Source: Nitrospinales bacterium
GTDB lineage: Bacteria > Nitrospinota > Nitrospinia > Nitrospinales > JAJDAT01
Reading direction: 5' to 3'
Length of the DNA stretch: 23,462 nt
Assembly (NCBI GenBank): GCA_046757665.1
Contig: JBHHYO010000041.1
Coordinates: forward strand, 1-23,462
Below, one piece after another: positions 8,204 through 17,953 of this stretch (position 1 is the first letter of the stretch; every line of letters starts with the position of its first letter). The notes below the pieces were generated by a model. It made no database searches. It was given only the letters and a program-made list of their open reading frames with translations, and was not told the origin of the DNA. Position numbers and translations under genes: made by a program.

Positions 8204-9592
8204 TTATTTTCTCCGGGGAAAAACAATTTCAACCTTCAGGCCGGGATGATTGTCGTGCAATCGTATTTCGCCGTCATGCAGTTTGACAACGGCGGCGACC
8301 AGGCTGAGCCCCAGACCGCTTCCGGCGACGTCCGGAGTTTCCTCCAGCCGGGCGAAACGCTGAAACACCCGGCCCCTCGCGTGGGCGGGGATTCCCTTGC
8401 CGGTATCGGCGATGACCACGCGGACGCCGTCGGCATCGCGGTCAAGCGCCACGCGGATTTTGCCGTCTCCGGGCGTATACTTCGCGGCATTGTCGAGAAG
8501 ATTGGCAAACGCCTGGAAGAGCAGGTCCCGGTCGCCGAGGACGGTCAAATCCCCCCGCAAATCCACCTCAAGGCTTTGGCCCTTCTCGGTCATCAGCGGC
8601 TCGTAAAGCTCGACGACATCCAGGATCACGGTTTTCAGTTCCACGCCGGCGAACCCGGCGCGGCGGCCGCCGGCCTCGACGCGGGCGATTCGTAACAGCG
8701 CGTTGAACGTCGCCAGAAGATTGTCGGCTTCCTTGACAATTTTGTCGACGATGGGCCGGTTGGCGTCGGGGCCGGCCAATTGGCCCTGCCAGAAGTCCAG
8801 ATGACCGCGCAAACGGGTCAGGGACCCCCTGAGGTCGTGGGCGATATTATCGGAGACTTGCCGTATGCCGTCCATGAGCGTCTGCATTTGGTCCAGCATG
8901 TTGTTCAGGTTTTGCGCCAGCTGGTCAAATTCATCGCCCGAGCCGCTCAGAGGCATTCTTCTGGAAAGGTCGCCGGTCATGATCCGGCGGCTGGTTTCAT
9001 TGATGGTTTCAATGCGGCGGAGCATACCGGCGCTGATGACGAATCCTCCGGCCAACCCCAGAACCACGGTCAGGGCAAACGCCCAGGCGAGAGCCTGGAG
9101 GATGATCGCCCGTTTTTCTTCCAGCTCATGGATATCCCGTCCGACAAGCAAATACAGTGCGTCGGACAGCCGCGTGGTGTAAACCAGAGCAAAATGCCTG
9201 TCTTCCTCGCCGTCGTCTTCTTCCGCGTCGTAATCGTCGATTTCGATCGTCACCCATTGGCCGGGCACGAGTTTCGCCACCGGCAAGCTCTCCAGATTTC
9301 CGCTCAGGGTCTTGCCGGAGCGGTCCGCCAGTACATAAACTTTTTCCTGCCCGCGGGTCTGGCTCACGCGCTGTGCGATCAACTGTTTGAGGGCCTCCTC
9401 ACCGTTCAAGTGAAACCGGTCGGCCAAGCCGGCGGCATCGGTTTCGATGACGACCCTGGTCTGCCGCTCAAGGTACCCGGCGGTGGCCCAATAAATAAAT
9501 CCGAACAGGATCAGAACGGACGTTCCAAACAACGCCATGTATATGGCGGCAAAGCGGACGGCGGAACTCAGAAACAATTTATTCAGGCGCAT
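8204..9592 (-). CDS. Membrane sensor histidine kinase (2 TM, HAMP, HisKA, HATPase)
   Basis: Two hydrophobic segments, HAMP (DEFDQLAQNLN.ML), H-box IAHDLR, N-box NLLDNAAKY, DTGKGIP and GSGLGL. Overlaps the regulator stop. Confidence 0.93.
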   Translation of the reverse strand: MRLNKLFLSSAVRFAAIYMALFGTSVLILFGFIYWATAGYLERQTRVVIETDAAGLADRFHLNGEEALKQLIAQRVSQTRGQEKVYVLADRSGKTLSGNLESLPVAKLVPGQWVTIEIDDYDAEEDDGEEDRHFALVYTTRLSDALYLLVGRDIHELEEKRAIILQALAWAFALTVVLGLAGGFVISAGMLRRIETINETSRRIMTGDLSRRMPLSGSGDEFDQLAQNLNNMLDQMQTLMDGIRQVSDNIAHDLRGSLTRLRGHLDFWQGQLAGPDANRPIVDKIVKEADNLLATFNALLRIARVEAGGRRAGFAGVELKTVILDVVELYEPLMTEKGQSLEVDLRGDLTVLGDRDLLFQAFANLLDNAAKYTPGDGKIRVALDRDADGVRVVIADTGKGIPAHARGRVFQRFARLEETPDVAGSGLGLSLVAAVVKLHDGEIRLHDNHPGLKVEIVFPRRK

Positions 9593-10256
9593 GAAGCATG
9601 TACCCCGCGCCACGCACGGTGGTCAAAAGCTGAAGTTGGAACCCCTTGTCGATTTTCTGCCGCAACCGGCTGATGTGCACGTCGATGACGTTGGTCTGCG
9701 GGTCGAAATGGTAATCCCAGACGCTTTCCAGCAACATGGTGCGCGTCACCACCTGGCCGGCATGTTTCATCAAATATTCCAGCAACCGGAACTCCCTCGG
9801 CTGGAGGTCGATGGTTCGCCCGGCGCGGGTCACTTTATGAGTCAACAGGTTGATTTCCAGGTCCGCCACTTCCAGGGAAGTCTGCGGCGCGCCGCTCGAG
9901 CCGCGGCGGCAAATGGCGTCCAGGCGCGCCAGCAGTTCGGAAAACGCGAACGGTTTGACGAGATAATCATCGCCGCCGGCCTTCAGGCCTTGCACGCGGT
10001 CATCGACCTCGCCCAGGGCGCTTAAAACCAGGACGGGATTCCGGTTGCCGGCGGCGCGGAGTTTTTGAATCACGGAAAGTCCGTCCAACCGGGGAATCAT
10101 GCGGTCCACGATGAGGGCATCGAAACTTTCGCTGGTCGCCAGGTACAAGCCGTCTTCGCCGTCGGCGGCATGAACAACGTTATGCCCGGCCTCTTTCAGG
10201 CCTTTCTTCAGGTAAGCGGCAACCTCGGGGTCGTCTTCTATAACCAAAATTCGCAT
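9579..10256 (-). CDS. OmpR/PhoB-family response regulator (CusR/CzcR-like)
   Basis: MRILVIEDD, D..IP..DG, GGDDYLVKPF, REFRLLEYL and NVIDVHISRLRQKID...TVRGAGY. Confidence 0.95.
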   Translation of the reverse strand: MRILVIEDDPEVAAYLKKGLKEAGHNVVHAADGEDGLYLATSESFDALIVDRMIPRLDGLSVIQKLRAAGNRNPVLVLSALGEVDDRVQGLKAGGDDYLVKPFAFSELLARLDAICRRGSSGAPQTSLEVADLEINLLTHKVTRAGRTIDLQPREFRLLEYLMKHAGQVVTRTMLLESVWDYHFDPQTNVIDVHISRLRQKIDKGFQLQLLTTVRGAGYMLHAPE

Positions 10257-10284
10257 ACGTCGCCTGAGTCACAGGGTTTTTTAA

Positions 10285-10824
10285 TTATGAGCTTTTTGCG
10301 TCCAGGGGCTCATTGGCCGCCGATTTCATGTAAATCGTATAGGCGAACAAGCCCAAGGAGGCCACGCCCGCCACAAAAAACGATCCGGCGGATAGCTGTG
10401 CCAAAAGGGACAGCGCTTCCTTTGAGGCATCAGTTGATCCCATGCCGGGAGCCAACATTCCCGAGCCCCACCAGAAAACACCGTAACCCAGACTGCCAAA
10501 GCCACCCAATAGCGAAATCCCCAATTGGTACTTGGGCCGGAACCGAAGCCCCACGGCAACCAGGGAAAATACAATGCTGATGACGCCCATGGTTTGCGCA
10601 TGGAAATGCGCTCGTAGCAAATATTCCCAGGACTTGTCAACCACTTTGTCCGCGGCTTCCGCATCTCCGTTATACTTTTCAGCCAGCACCGGCTGGGATT
10701 GGCCTTTCAAAAACCCTATAATGTCATCCTCGCAACAGCCGAAGGAAAGCCCCAGCAGTCCTCCGAAAAGAATCGCTATCAACGACAAGCTTACTCCGTA
10801 TTTGATGGAAGAGAAATCAGTCAT
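10285..10824 (-). CDS. Uncharacterised multi-pass membrane protein with an RAHFHA motif
   Basis: About four hydrophobic segments. AAGGAG SD. Lies in-strand between the PepSY gene and the regulator. Confidence 0.75.
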   Translation of the reverse strand: MTDFSSIKYGVSLSLIAILFGGLLGLSFGCCEDDIIGFLKGQSQPVLAEKYNGDAEAADKVVDKSWEYLLRAHFHAQTMGVISIVFSLVAVGLRFRPKYQLGISLLGGFGSLGYGVFWWGSGMLAPGMGSTDASKEALSLLAQLSAGSFFVAGVASLGLFAYTIYMKSAANEPLDAKSS

Positions 10825-10927
10825 TGGTCTGCTCCTTTTTTAGGTGAAGTAAATTCATTTTAATTCCAGCACGAGAACCTGCTTCAAGCCCCGTCCCGGC
10901 CGCCATACAGGCGATGAGGACAGAGGC

Positions 10928-10966
10928 TCCCCCGGCGCCGCCGCTTTCGCGTTTGACGCCGGGAGA
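10928..10966 (-). other. Intercistronic stem-loop after the PepSY gene (possible mRNA stabiliser or attenuator)
   Basis: On the minus strand a 12-bp stem UCUCCCGGCGUC/GGCGCCGGGGGA capped by CGC-GAAA-GCG. No U-tract. Confidence 0.5.
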
Positions 10967-10981
10967 AATCGGCGGATCACC

Positions 10982-11320
10982 TCAGTCTTTTTCCATATGT
11001 TCATGTTCCGACTCGTGGTCGTCCTCTTCTTTCTCGCTGGACAACACCTTGCCGGTTGTCGGGTCGATGACAAGCTCAAACTCCTCACCATTCCTGACGA
11101 CTTCAACCTCATAAAATATTTTGCCTCCCTCGGTTTCCAACTCGGCTTCATAAGCCTTGCCGCCGACATGGTTTTCGGCGATGGCGATGGCCGCCTGAAT
11201 TCCCAGGCTGGCTTCACCGAGAGCCTTGGCATCCTTCGAAGCATCGGAGGCGAATGCCGTTCCCAATCCAAAAATCGAGGCGATGAAAGTTGCAACCGTC
11301 AACAGACTTATTTTTTTCAT
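10982..11320 (-). CDS. Secreted PepSY-domain protein with an acidic/His tail
   Basis: Signal peptide (AFA-S). AIAIA....GG..YEAELE...YEVEV....IDPTTGKVL PepSY pattern. Tail EEDDHESEHEH. AAGGAG SD. Confidence 0.88.
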   Translation of the reverse strand: MKKISLLTVATFIASIFGLGTAFASDASKDAKALGEASLGIQAAIAIAENHVGGKAYEAELETEGGKIFYEVEVVRNGEEFELVIDPTTGKVLSSEKEEDDHESEHEHMEKD

Positions 11321-11395
11321 AATGAATCTCCTTTAAAAAAGCACACACGATTAAGTTGTTTCATGATTGCAATATACATTCGCCATCCTTACCGC

Positions 11396-11428
11396 AACAT
11401 TGCTGGAACATTATAATTCGGTAATGTT
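11396..11428. promoter_or_regulatory. Candidate response-regulator binding site
   Basis: AACATT direct repeat with 11-bp period (11396, 11407) plus the palindrome AACATTA-N8-TAATGTT (11407-11428), upstream of the PepSY-TCS unit. Confidence 0.5.
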
Positions 11429-11556
11429 AAAGAAGAAAGACAACAACATATTGTATGTGGTTGATTTTTTTATACAATATAAGGTATGGTAATCGACGTT
11501 ACTTCTGTCGGCGGCATCCGCCGCGAAAATCAAGGCCGTTAATCGGAAAGTTTATC

Positions 11557-13851
11557 ATGGCAAATATCAGCACATCCGACATCCAGTCCGAGCTGGAAAA
11601 CCGGTTTTTGACCTACGCGCTATCGACCATTGTTTCGCGTTCCCTGCCGGACGTGCGCGACGGACTGAAACCCATCCACCGGCGAATCCTGTTCGCCATG
11701 AACAGCATGGGGGTAAGCGCCGCGGCCAAGCACGTGAAATCCGCGAAAATCATCGGCGAGGTGTTGGGCAAGTACCATCCCCATGGCGACGCATCGACCT
11801 ATGAATCCATGGCGCGGATGGCGCAGGATTTTTCGTTGCGCTATCCGCTGGTGGACGGCAAGGGCAATTTCGGTTCCATCGACGGCGACCCGCCCGCCGC
11901 CTACCGCTACACGGAAGGCCGGCTGACCCCCATTTCCGCCTTTCTGCTGAACGACCTGAAAAAAAACACCGTCGATTTTCAAGCCAACTACGACAACACC
12001 ATCCGGGAGCCGTCGGTTCTGCCGGCGCGCCTGCCGAATCTGCTGATCAACGGCGCGTCGGGAATCGCCGTCGGCATGGCCTGCTCCTTTCCCTCGCACA
12101 ACCTGCGGGAAGTCATCGGCGCGTTGACCGCGCTGATTGAGACGCCGGACCTGCCGGTTGCCAAATTGATGAAATATATCAAGGGGCCGGATTTCCCCTC
12201 CAGCGGGATTATCCTCAACTCCAAAAAAGAGTTGTGCAAGGCCTACGAGGAAGGGTCGGGATCCGTCAAAATCCGCGGCGAATGGCTTACCGAACTGCGC
12301 CCGCGGGGAAAGATTCATGTCATCATCACCGCCCTGCCCTACGGGATCAACAAGGCCCGGCTGATCGAAAAAATCGCCGAGATCATCATTGCCAAAAAAG
12401 TTCCGGCGTTGACGGACGTGCGCGACGAAAGCGACGAGAACATCCGCGTGGTCCTGGAAATCAAAAGCGGCGGCGATCCGGAAAAAATCATGGCCTACCT
12501 TTTCAAAAACACCGACCTGGAATCCAACTTTCAGATCAATTTCACCTGCCTGACGCCGAGCGGCGAACCGGCGCGCCTGTCGCTCACGGAAATCTGCCGC
12601 TATTTTCTGGATTTCCGCAAGCAGGTGGTCACCCGCAGATTGCGTTACGAGTTGGAACTCATTCTGAAACGGTTGCACCTGCTGGACGGCTTCGCCGTTA
12701 TTTTCAACAATCTCGACAAAGCCCTCAAACTGATCCGCGCCAGCAAGTCGCGCCCGGAGGCTCACGGGAAACTGATAAAAGCCTTCAAGCTGGACGACGA
12801 GCAAGTCGGCGCCATCCTGGAAATTCCCCTCTACCGCCTGGTGTCGATGGAAATTTCCAAAATCATCGACGAGAAAAAAGAAAAGACCCGGGAAAAAAAT
12901 AAAATTCAATCCATTTTGAAATCCTCGGCGAAAATCTGGAGCATCGTCAGGGAAGAACTGGAAACGATCCAGCAAGCGCACGCCGACAAGCGCCGAACCA
13001 AAATCAAAAGCGTCGAGACCGTGGAGATCAGCGAGGCGGATTTTATCGAGGACGAGGAAGCGTTCATCGTCCTCAGCCGCAACGGCTGGATCCGGAAATT
13101 CAAAAACGCCGTCGATCCGGCGTCGCTCAAATTCAAGGAAAACGACGGCCTGCTGGCGATGGTGAAAGCCAACACCCGGGAATCGATCGCCCTGTTCACA
13201 TCCTTCGGCATGGTTTACGTGCCGCGGGTGTTCAACCTGCCCTACACCCGCGCCGGGTTCGGCGACCCCATTCAAAACCTGTTCAAGTTCAAGGACGGAG
13301 AAAAAGTGATCCGCCTGCTTTCGCTCGACCCCAGGGAGCTGGAGGCGGCTTTCGGGTTCGCGGCGGATGGCAGCGGCAAGGGCAAACGGCAAACGTCCCT
13401 CGACTTTTCCTCCAACAAGGAAAGCGCCTGGCAGGGGATCGTTGCCGGCAGTACGGGCTACGGGTTCCGGTTCCCCCTGGCGAACCTCACGGAAACCAGC
13501 AAGGCGGGCAAAAAACTCATGTCGCTCAAGGAAGATGAAACCCTGCTGGCGGTGGAACCGCTGACCGCGCCGCTCATCGTCCTGGTCTCCGAGAAAGGCA
13601 AGGGCGTCGTCATCCCGGCGGAGCAGGTATCCGTGCTCACCGGCGCCGGACGAGGCGTCAAACTCATGGGCCTGGCCGACGGCAAACTGGCCGGATTGAA
13701 ACCGGTCAACTTGAAGGATAAAATCACCCTGGAGTTCGAGGACGGCGGCAGTAAGGAAATCACCGTAAAAAAAATCCCCGTCTATAACCGCGGTAGCCAA
13801 GGCGTCATCCTGTCGAAACGGAGACGAGTCGCAGGTATCGAAACGTCATGA
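11557..13851 (+). CDS. parC: Type IIA topoisomerase subunit A, ParC-like (no GyrA-box)
   Basis: [35 protein letters not shown] catalytic Tyr and GPDFP. The C-terminal pinwheel lacks QRRGGKG. ATG 11557 chosen as start. Confidence 0.85.
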   Translation: MANISTSDIQSELENRFLTYALSTIVSRSLPDVRDGLKPIHRRILFAMNSMGVSAAAKHVKSAKIIGEVLGKYHPHGDASTYESMARMAQDFSLRYPLVDGKGNFGSIDGDPPAAYRYTEGRLTPISAFLLNDLKKNTVDFQANYDNTIREPSVLPARLPNLLINGASGIAVGMACSFPSHNLREVIGALTALIETPDLPVAKLMKYIKGPDFPSSGIILNSKKELCKAYEEGSGSVKIRGEWLTELRPRGKIHVIITALPYGINKARLIEKIAEIIIAKKVPALTDVRDESDENIRVVLEIKSGGDPEKIMAYLFKNTDLESNFQINFTCLTPSGEPARLSLTEICRYFLDFRKQVVTRRLRYELELILKRLHLLDGFAVIFNNLDKALKLIRASKSRPEAHGKLIKAFKLDDEQVGAILEIPLYRLVSMEISKIIDEKKEKTREKNKIQSILKSSAKIWSIVREELETIQQAHADKRRTKIKSVETVEISEADFIEDEEAFIVLSRNGWIRKFKNAVDPASLKFKENDGLLAMVKANTRESIALFTSFGMVYVPRVFNLPYTRAGFGDPIQNLFKFKDGEKVIRLLSLDPRELEAAFGFAADGSGKGKRQTSLDFSSNKESAWQGIVAGSTGYGFRFPLANLTETSKAGKKLMSLKEDETLLAVEPLTAPLIVLVSEKGKGVVIPAEQVSVLTGAGRGVKLMGLADGKLAGLKPVNLKDKITLEFEDGGSKEITVKKIPVYNRGSQGVILSKRRRVAGIETS

Positions 13852-15737
13852 CCACTTATCAGGCAAAAGACATACAAGTGCTCGAGGGGCTGGAGCCGGT
13901 GCGGCGGCGGCCGGGAATGTATATCGGCTCGACGTCATCGACCGGACTCCACCACCTGGTCTGGGAGATTCTCGACAACGCCGTGGACGAGGCCCTCAAC
14001 GGCCATTGCGACACCATCAACATCGTCATCGACCCCAAACTGGGAATCACCATTGCCGACAACGGCCGCGGCATCCCCGTCGATGCGTTCAAAAACACCA
14101 AAAAAAGCGCCATGGAAATTCTGTTCACCACCCTGCACTCCGGCGGCAAGTTCGACGAGCGCTCCTACAAGGTGTCGGGCGGACTGCACGGCGTCGGCAT
14201 GGCGGTGGTGTGCGCCCTTTCGGAAACGCTGGTGGCGACGTCGCGGCGCGACGGGTTTGAATGGACGCAAACGTACTCGCGCGGCAAGGCCGTCTCCAAA
14301 CTGAAAAAAGGCAAACCCATCCGCATCAAGGGCACTACCGTTTTTTTCCGGCCGGACCCGAAGATTTTCCCGAAAGTGCAGTTCAACGCGAAACTGATTC
14401 TCGAACAGGCGGAGTCGAAAGCGTTCCTCAACAAGGGCCTGACGATCAACGTCAAGGAAAACGGCCACACGCACCGGTTCCACTTCGCCGAGGGCATCAA
14501 GGACTACATCCGCAAAATCACGGCGGGAAGTCCGACGCTGATTCCGGACCCGGTCTATGTGGAAAAGGACGACCGCAGTCTGCGGCTGGAGACGGCGTTT
14601 TTGTGGACCACGCGCACGGACACGGTGATCCATTCTTTCGCCAACGCCATCCGCACCGTGGACGGCGGCAGTCACGAAAACGGTTTCCGCAACGGCGTCG
14701 CCAGAGCCCTGCGCGCCTATATCGAGCGGCGCGGCCTTCTGCCCAAGGGAATTACCGGCATCACCCACGACGACATCAAGGAAGGCCTGATCGCCATCAT
14801 CAACGTTTACCTGCGCGGCGACGTGGAGTTCCAGGGGCAAACCAAGGGGCGGTTGAACTCGGACATCACGTCGCAGGTCGAATCCGTCATCATGCACTCC
14901 CTGGAACACTACCTGCACGAAAACCAGAGCCAGGGCGACCAGATCGCCAACCGGGTCATCCTGGCGGCGCAGGCCCGAATCGCGTCGCGCCAGGCGAAGG
15001 AAGCCGTCAACCGCAAGTCCGCCGTGTCCCACCGGCTGAACCTGCCGGGAAAGCTGTCGGACTGCTCATCCGTGCACCGGGACGAATCGGAGCTTTTCAT
15101 TTGCGAAGGCGAGTCCGCCGGCGGTTCCAGCAAAATGGCGCGTGACCGCAAGACCCAGGCCATCCTGCCGTTGCGCGGCAAAATCCTCAACGTCGAAACC
15201 GCCGTCATGGGGAAAATCCTCGCCAACACCGAAATCCAGAACATGATTTCCGCCATCGGCACGGGGATCGAGCCCAACTTCAATTACGACAAACTGCGCT
15301 ACGGGAAGATCATCATCATGACCGACGCGGATGTTGACGGCGCGCACATCTGCACCTTGCTACTGACCTTTTTTTACCGCTACATGCCGGAACTGATCCG
15401 CAACGGCCATCTGTTCATCGCCCAGCCGCCGCTGTACCGGATTGATGCGGGCAAGCGGGTGTATTACGCCATCGACGACGCGGAGAAGGACAAGATCGTC
15501 AAGCAATTGAACGGCGCCGGCCATGAAGTGGGCCGGTTCAAGGGGTTGGGCGAGATGCCCGCCGCCGACCTCAAGGCCACCACCATGGATAAAAACACGC
15601 GCTCGCTCATCCGGGTGGAGATTCAGGACGAAACCAGCGCCAGCCTGGCCTTCGACCGGTTGATGGGCAAGGACGCCCGGCCGCGTTTCACGTTCATCAA
15701 GGAACGCGCCGCCGTTTTTCAAGACCTGGATGTTTGA
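13848..15737 (+). CDS. parE: Type IIA topoisomerase subunit B, ParE-like
   Basis: [58 protein letters not shown] and RFKGLGEM. 629 aa with no proteobacterial GyrB insert. ATGA overlap with subunit A. Confidence 0.85.
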   Translation: MTTYQAKDIQVLEGLEPVRRRPGMYIGSTSSTGLHHLVWEILDNAVDEALNGHCDTINIVIDPKLGITIADNGRGIPVDAFKNTKKSAMEILFTTLHSGGKFDERSYKVSGGLHGVGMAVVCALSETLVATSRRDGFEWTQTYSRGKAVSKLKKGKPIRIKGTTVFFRPDPKIFPKVQFNAKLILEQAESKAFLNKGLTINVKENGHTHRFHFAEGIKDYIRKITAGSPTLIPDPVYVEKDDRSLRLETAFLWTTRTDTVIHSFANAIRTVDGGSHENGFRNGVARALRAYIERRGLLPKGITGITHDDIKEGLIAIINVYLRGDVEFQGQTKGRLNSDITSQVESVIMHSLEHYLHENQSQGDQIANRVILAAQARIASRQAKEAVNRKSAVSHRLNLPGKLSDCSSVHRDESELFICEGESAGGSSKMARDRKTQAILPLRGKILNVETAVMGKILANTEIQNMISAIGTGIEPNFNYDKLRYGKIIIMTDADVDGAHICTLLLTFFYRYMPELIRNGHLFIAQPPLYRIDAGKRVYYAIDDAEKDKIVKQLNGAGHEVGRFKGLGEMPAADLKATTMDKNTRSLIRVEIQDETSASLAFDRLMGKDARPRFTFIKERAAVFQDLDV

Positions 15738-15867
15738 ATAAAACGCCCATACCTCCCCCTCCCTGTCTTTCAACCCGCCGGATCAAAAGGGTTCCCGCCA
15801 GTGCATACCTGCATTCCACGCTATATATAAGGGCAGTTGTCTGTTGACGGTTGGCGGAAAAACCGGG

Positions 15868-16220
15868 AACCGAAAAGGCGCGGGCGCAAAGAAAAGCAAA
15901 AAAGTTGAACCACCGATGCACACGGATGGACACAGATGGACACAGAGAAAAGCCCTCTTCAATGAAGACCTTTGCATAAGTCGAGATTCTTCACCGTACC
16001 CGCTGTCATCGCGAGCCGCCACTGGCGGCGTGGCGATCCAGCCGAGCCACGCCCGGTGGGAATGGCTCATTTCTGGATTGCTTCGGCTACCGCCTCGCAA
16101 TGACAATCGAACAAGTGCGCTTATGCGAGGGTCTCCCTTGAAGGAGGTTTTTCTGTTTCATCCGTGTGTATCGGTGGTTAGATTTTTCTTTTCTTTGCGT
16201 TCTTGGCGGCTTTGCGGTGA
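15868..16220. mobile_element. Nested inverted-repeat composite (MITE/REP-like), non-coding
   Basis: Paired arms: 15885-15896 with 16188-16199; 15908-15928 with 16159-16179 (1 mismatch); 15947-15980 with 16120-16153 (27/34 by hand count). Inner TGTCATCGCGAG...CTCGCAATGACA at 16004-16105. Confidence 0.8.
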
Positions 16221-16613
16221 TTTCGGTATTGTAAATTTTAATCTTCAAAACGCGGGGTTCGGCATGGGAAAATATGTAACAAAAATATCTTTTAATACTA
16301 ATAAGTTAAGTATAAATACTTAAACCTTTTTCAAGCATGGTTTTTCCGCGAAATTCGTTGATTTTTTACCTGACGGGAGCGCAAAAAAACCGGTTGTGGG
16401 ACAAGGGGTTAGCGGTTTTACAGGCTGACATTTAGACTATTTCGTTCCTCGTTTTTCAAAAATTTTTTTTTCATAAAAACGGGCTCCGGTCAGGGTCCGG
16501 CCCAAGGCCGGGGTGAGTGGGCTGGTCTGTATCACGCGATTAACCGGGATCAAGCGCAATCGGGCGTACGGCGGGTGTGGGCGGGGTCGGTCAGGGGAGC
16601 GGCGACGGCGGTT

Positions 16614-17054
16614 TTACGGCTTTAAAATTTCCCGGACGATCTGGCTGGCCAGTTTGCCGTCGTATTCGCCCGGATGCTTCTCCTTCAACTCCGCCATAAC
16701 CGCGCCCATGGATTTCATCGACTTTTCATGGCCGGCGGCGATTTCCAACAGGATGTTTTTTAACTGGTCCGCGGACAATTGTTGGGGAAGGTACCTGGCG
16801 ATGGCCGATTTTTCCTCGCGCAAGTCCGCAGAGTTGGGATGGTCCTCGCTGAGGGCTTTCAAGGTTTCGTCGATATTTTTTATGAAACCGCGGATTTTCC
16901 CCACTACCTCGGCGTCGGTGGTTTCCCGGTTTCCGTCGTTTTTGCCGATCATCATTGATTCGGCGTACAATGTGCTGAGGATACCGGTCAATTTCTGGTC
17001 CTTGGCTTTGCGGGCTCGGAGAAGGTCTTCCTTGATGCGATTCAATAAACTCAT
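16614..17054 (-). CDS. GatB/YqeY domain protein
   Basis: MSL..RIKEDL..ARKAKD, E...I..YLPQQLS and K.MG.VM..LK....G..DGK.AS..VR..L. AAGGA SD. Confidence 0.88.
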   Translation of the reverse strand: MSLLNRIKEDLLRARKAKDQKLTGILSTLYAESMMIGKNDGNRETTDAEVVGKIRGFIKNIDETLKALSEDHPNSADLREEKSAIARYLPQQLSADQLKNILLEIAAGHEKSMKSMGAVMAELKEKHPGEYDGKLASQIVREILKP

Positions 17055-17208
17055 GATGGCGGCGTTCCTTTCAAGTCGTCAAAACGGCGGCGCGGCTTTT
17101 CGACCCGGCAAACCCGGGCGGCAAACGAAAAGTCGGCATCGCAAAATTTTAAAAGTCATTAGACCACAAATCCCGCGCCATGTTAACGTCTTTCCGGGTC
17201 GGCGGGAT

Positions 17209-17237
17209 TTGACATCTTTGGGAAATTTTATCAAACT
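17209..17237 (+). promoter_or_regulatory. Shared promoter-like motif, copy A
   Basis: TTGACA-tctttggga-AATTTTAT-CAAACT, 22 nt before ATG 17260. Confidence 0.6.
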
Positions 17238-17259
17238 AATTATTTAACAGGTGTTCACC

Positions 17260-17712
17260 ATGTGGACAGGAAAAACAAACCGTCTCTTTTTTGGCTTGGC
17301 GGTCGTAGCAATCTGCGTTTTTTCCCTGGGCAACAGCCCGCCGGCATTGACCGATGCCGACAGGTCCGCCATCCGGGATGTGATTCAGCGTCAGTTAACC
17401 GCGTTTCGGGAAAATGACGGCGTCAAGGCATTTTCCTACGCGGCGCCGGGCATAAAGGTTATCTTCCAAACGCCCGCAATATTCATGAAGATGGTTCGCG
17501 CCAGCTACAAGGCGCTGATCCATCCGCGGCGGGTTGTTTTTGCCGAATTGACCAACAACCAGGGACAAGTTCATCAAAGGGTGATGATTTTTTACGAGGG
17601 CGAATGGCTCGCCGCCGTTTATCCCATGCAAAAGCAACTCGACGGCCGATGGCTGATCGCCGGATGCACGTTAAAAAAAACGCCGGACAAGCTGGCCTGG
17701 CAAAGCCGGTAA
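17260..17712 (+). CDS. Exported DUF4864-family protein
   Basis: N-terminal signal. I..VI..QL.AF...D...AFSYA.PGI...F..P..FM.MV...Y and Y.M..Q.DG.W.I.GC patterns. Confidence 0.85.
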   Translation: MWTGKTNRLFFGLAVVAICVFSLGNSPPALTDADRSAIRDVIQRQLTAFRENDGVKAFSYAAPGIKVIFQTPAIFMKMVRASYKALIHPRRVVFAELTNNQGQVHQRVMIFYEGEWLAAVYPMQKQLDGRWLIAGCTLKKTPDKLAWQSR

Positions 17713-17737
17713 ATTTGGTCGCGGAAGATAATCAAAC

Positions 17738-17953
17738 ATGGCTCCCAGAACGACTTTAATCATTTTTTTCATTTATTTCTCGTGTCTTGCCGGCCTGGGT
17801 TGCGGCAACAGCAGGGGGCGGGTTGGAATCACGACCCCTAACGTGAGTATCAGTAGCGATTCTCAGGGAACCCAGGCAGTAGTGAAGCTCCCCGGCGGTA
17901 AAAGCAAAATCGTGCTGAACGGCGGCGCGGCGGCAAACCCAGCCGTGCCATGA
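17738..17953 (+). CDS. Small putative lipoprotein
   Basis: Hydrophobic N-terminus ending in LAGLG-C. ATGA overlap with the next gene. Confidence 0.55.
   Translation: MAPRTTLIIFFIYFSCLAGLGCGNSRGRVGITTPNVSISSDSQGTQAVVKLPGGKSKIVLNGGAAANPAVP

Noticed and set aside
11620-13800. 726-aa antisense ORF, and similar long overlapping ORFs such as 13935-15032, 3355-4185, 8780-9673, 6010-6855 and 18241-19113
   Set aside because: These are shadow frames opposite well-supported genes in GC-rich, codon-biased DNA, with no recognisable motifs.
11557-15737. Calling the pair gyrA/gyrB
   Set aside because: No GyrA-box in the C-terminal domain, so ParC/ParE fits better. Phylogeny is needed to confirm.
15970-15997. 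dif-like site (CTTTGCATAA resembles a XerC arm) near the topo IV genes
   Set aside because: No XerD arm (TTATGTTAAAT) follows the 6-bp spacer. The sequence is better explained as a repeat end that also occurs at 6491-6500.
15783-16323. ORFs 15783-16106 (-) and 15844-16323 (+)
   Set aside because: They are translations of the nested repeat element and show no protein-family signal.
16483-16515. SRP RNA-like GGTCAGGGTCCGG
   Set aside because: Lacks the GGAAGGAAGCAGC core and the long flanking stem.
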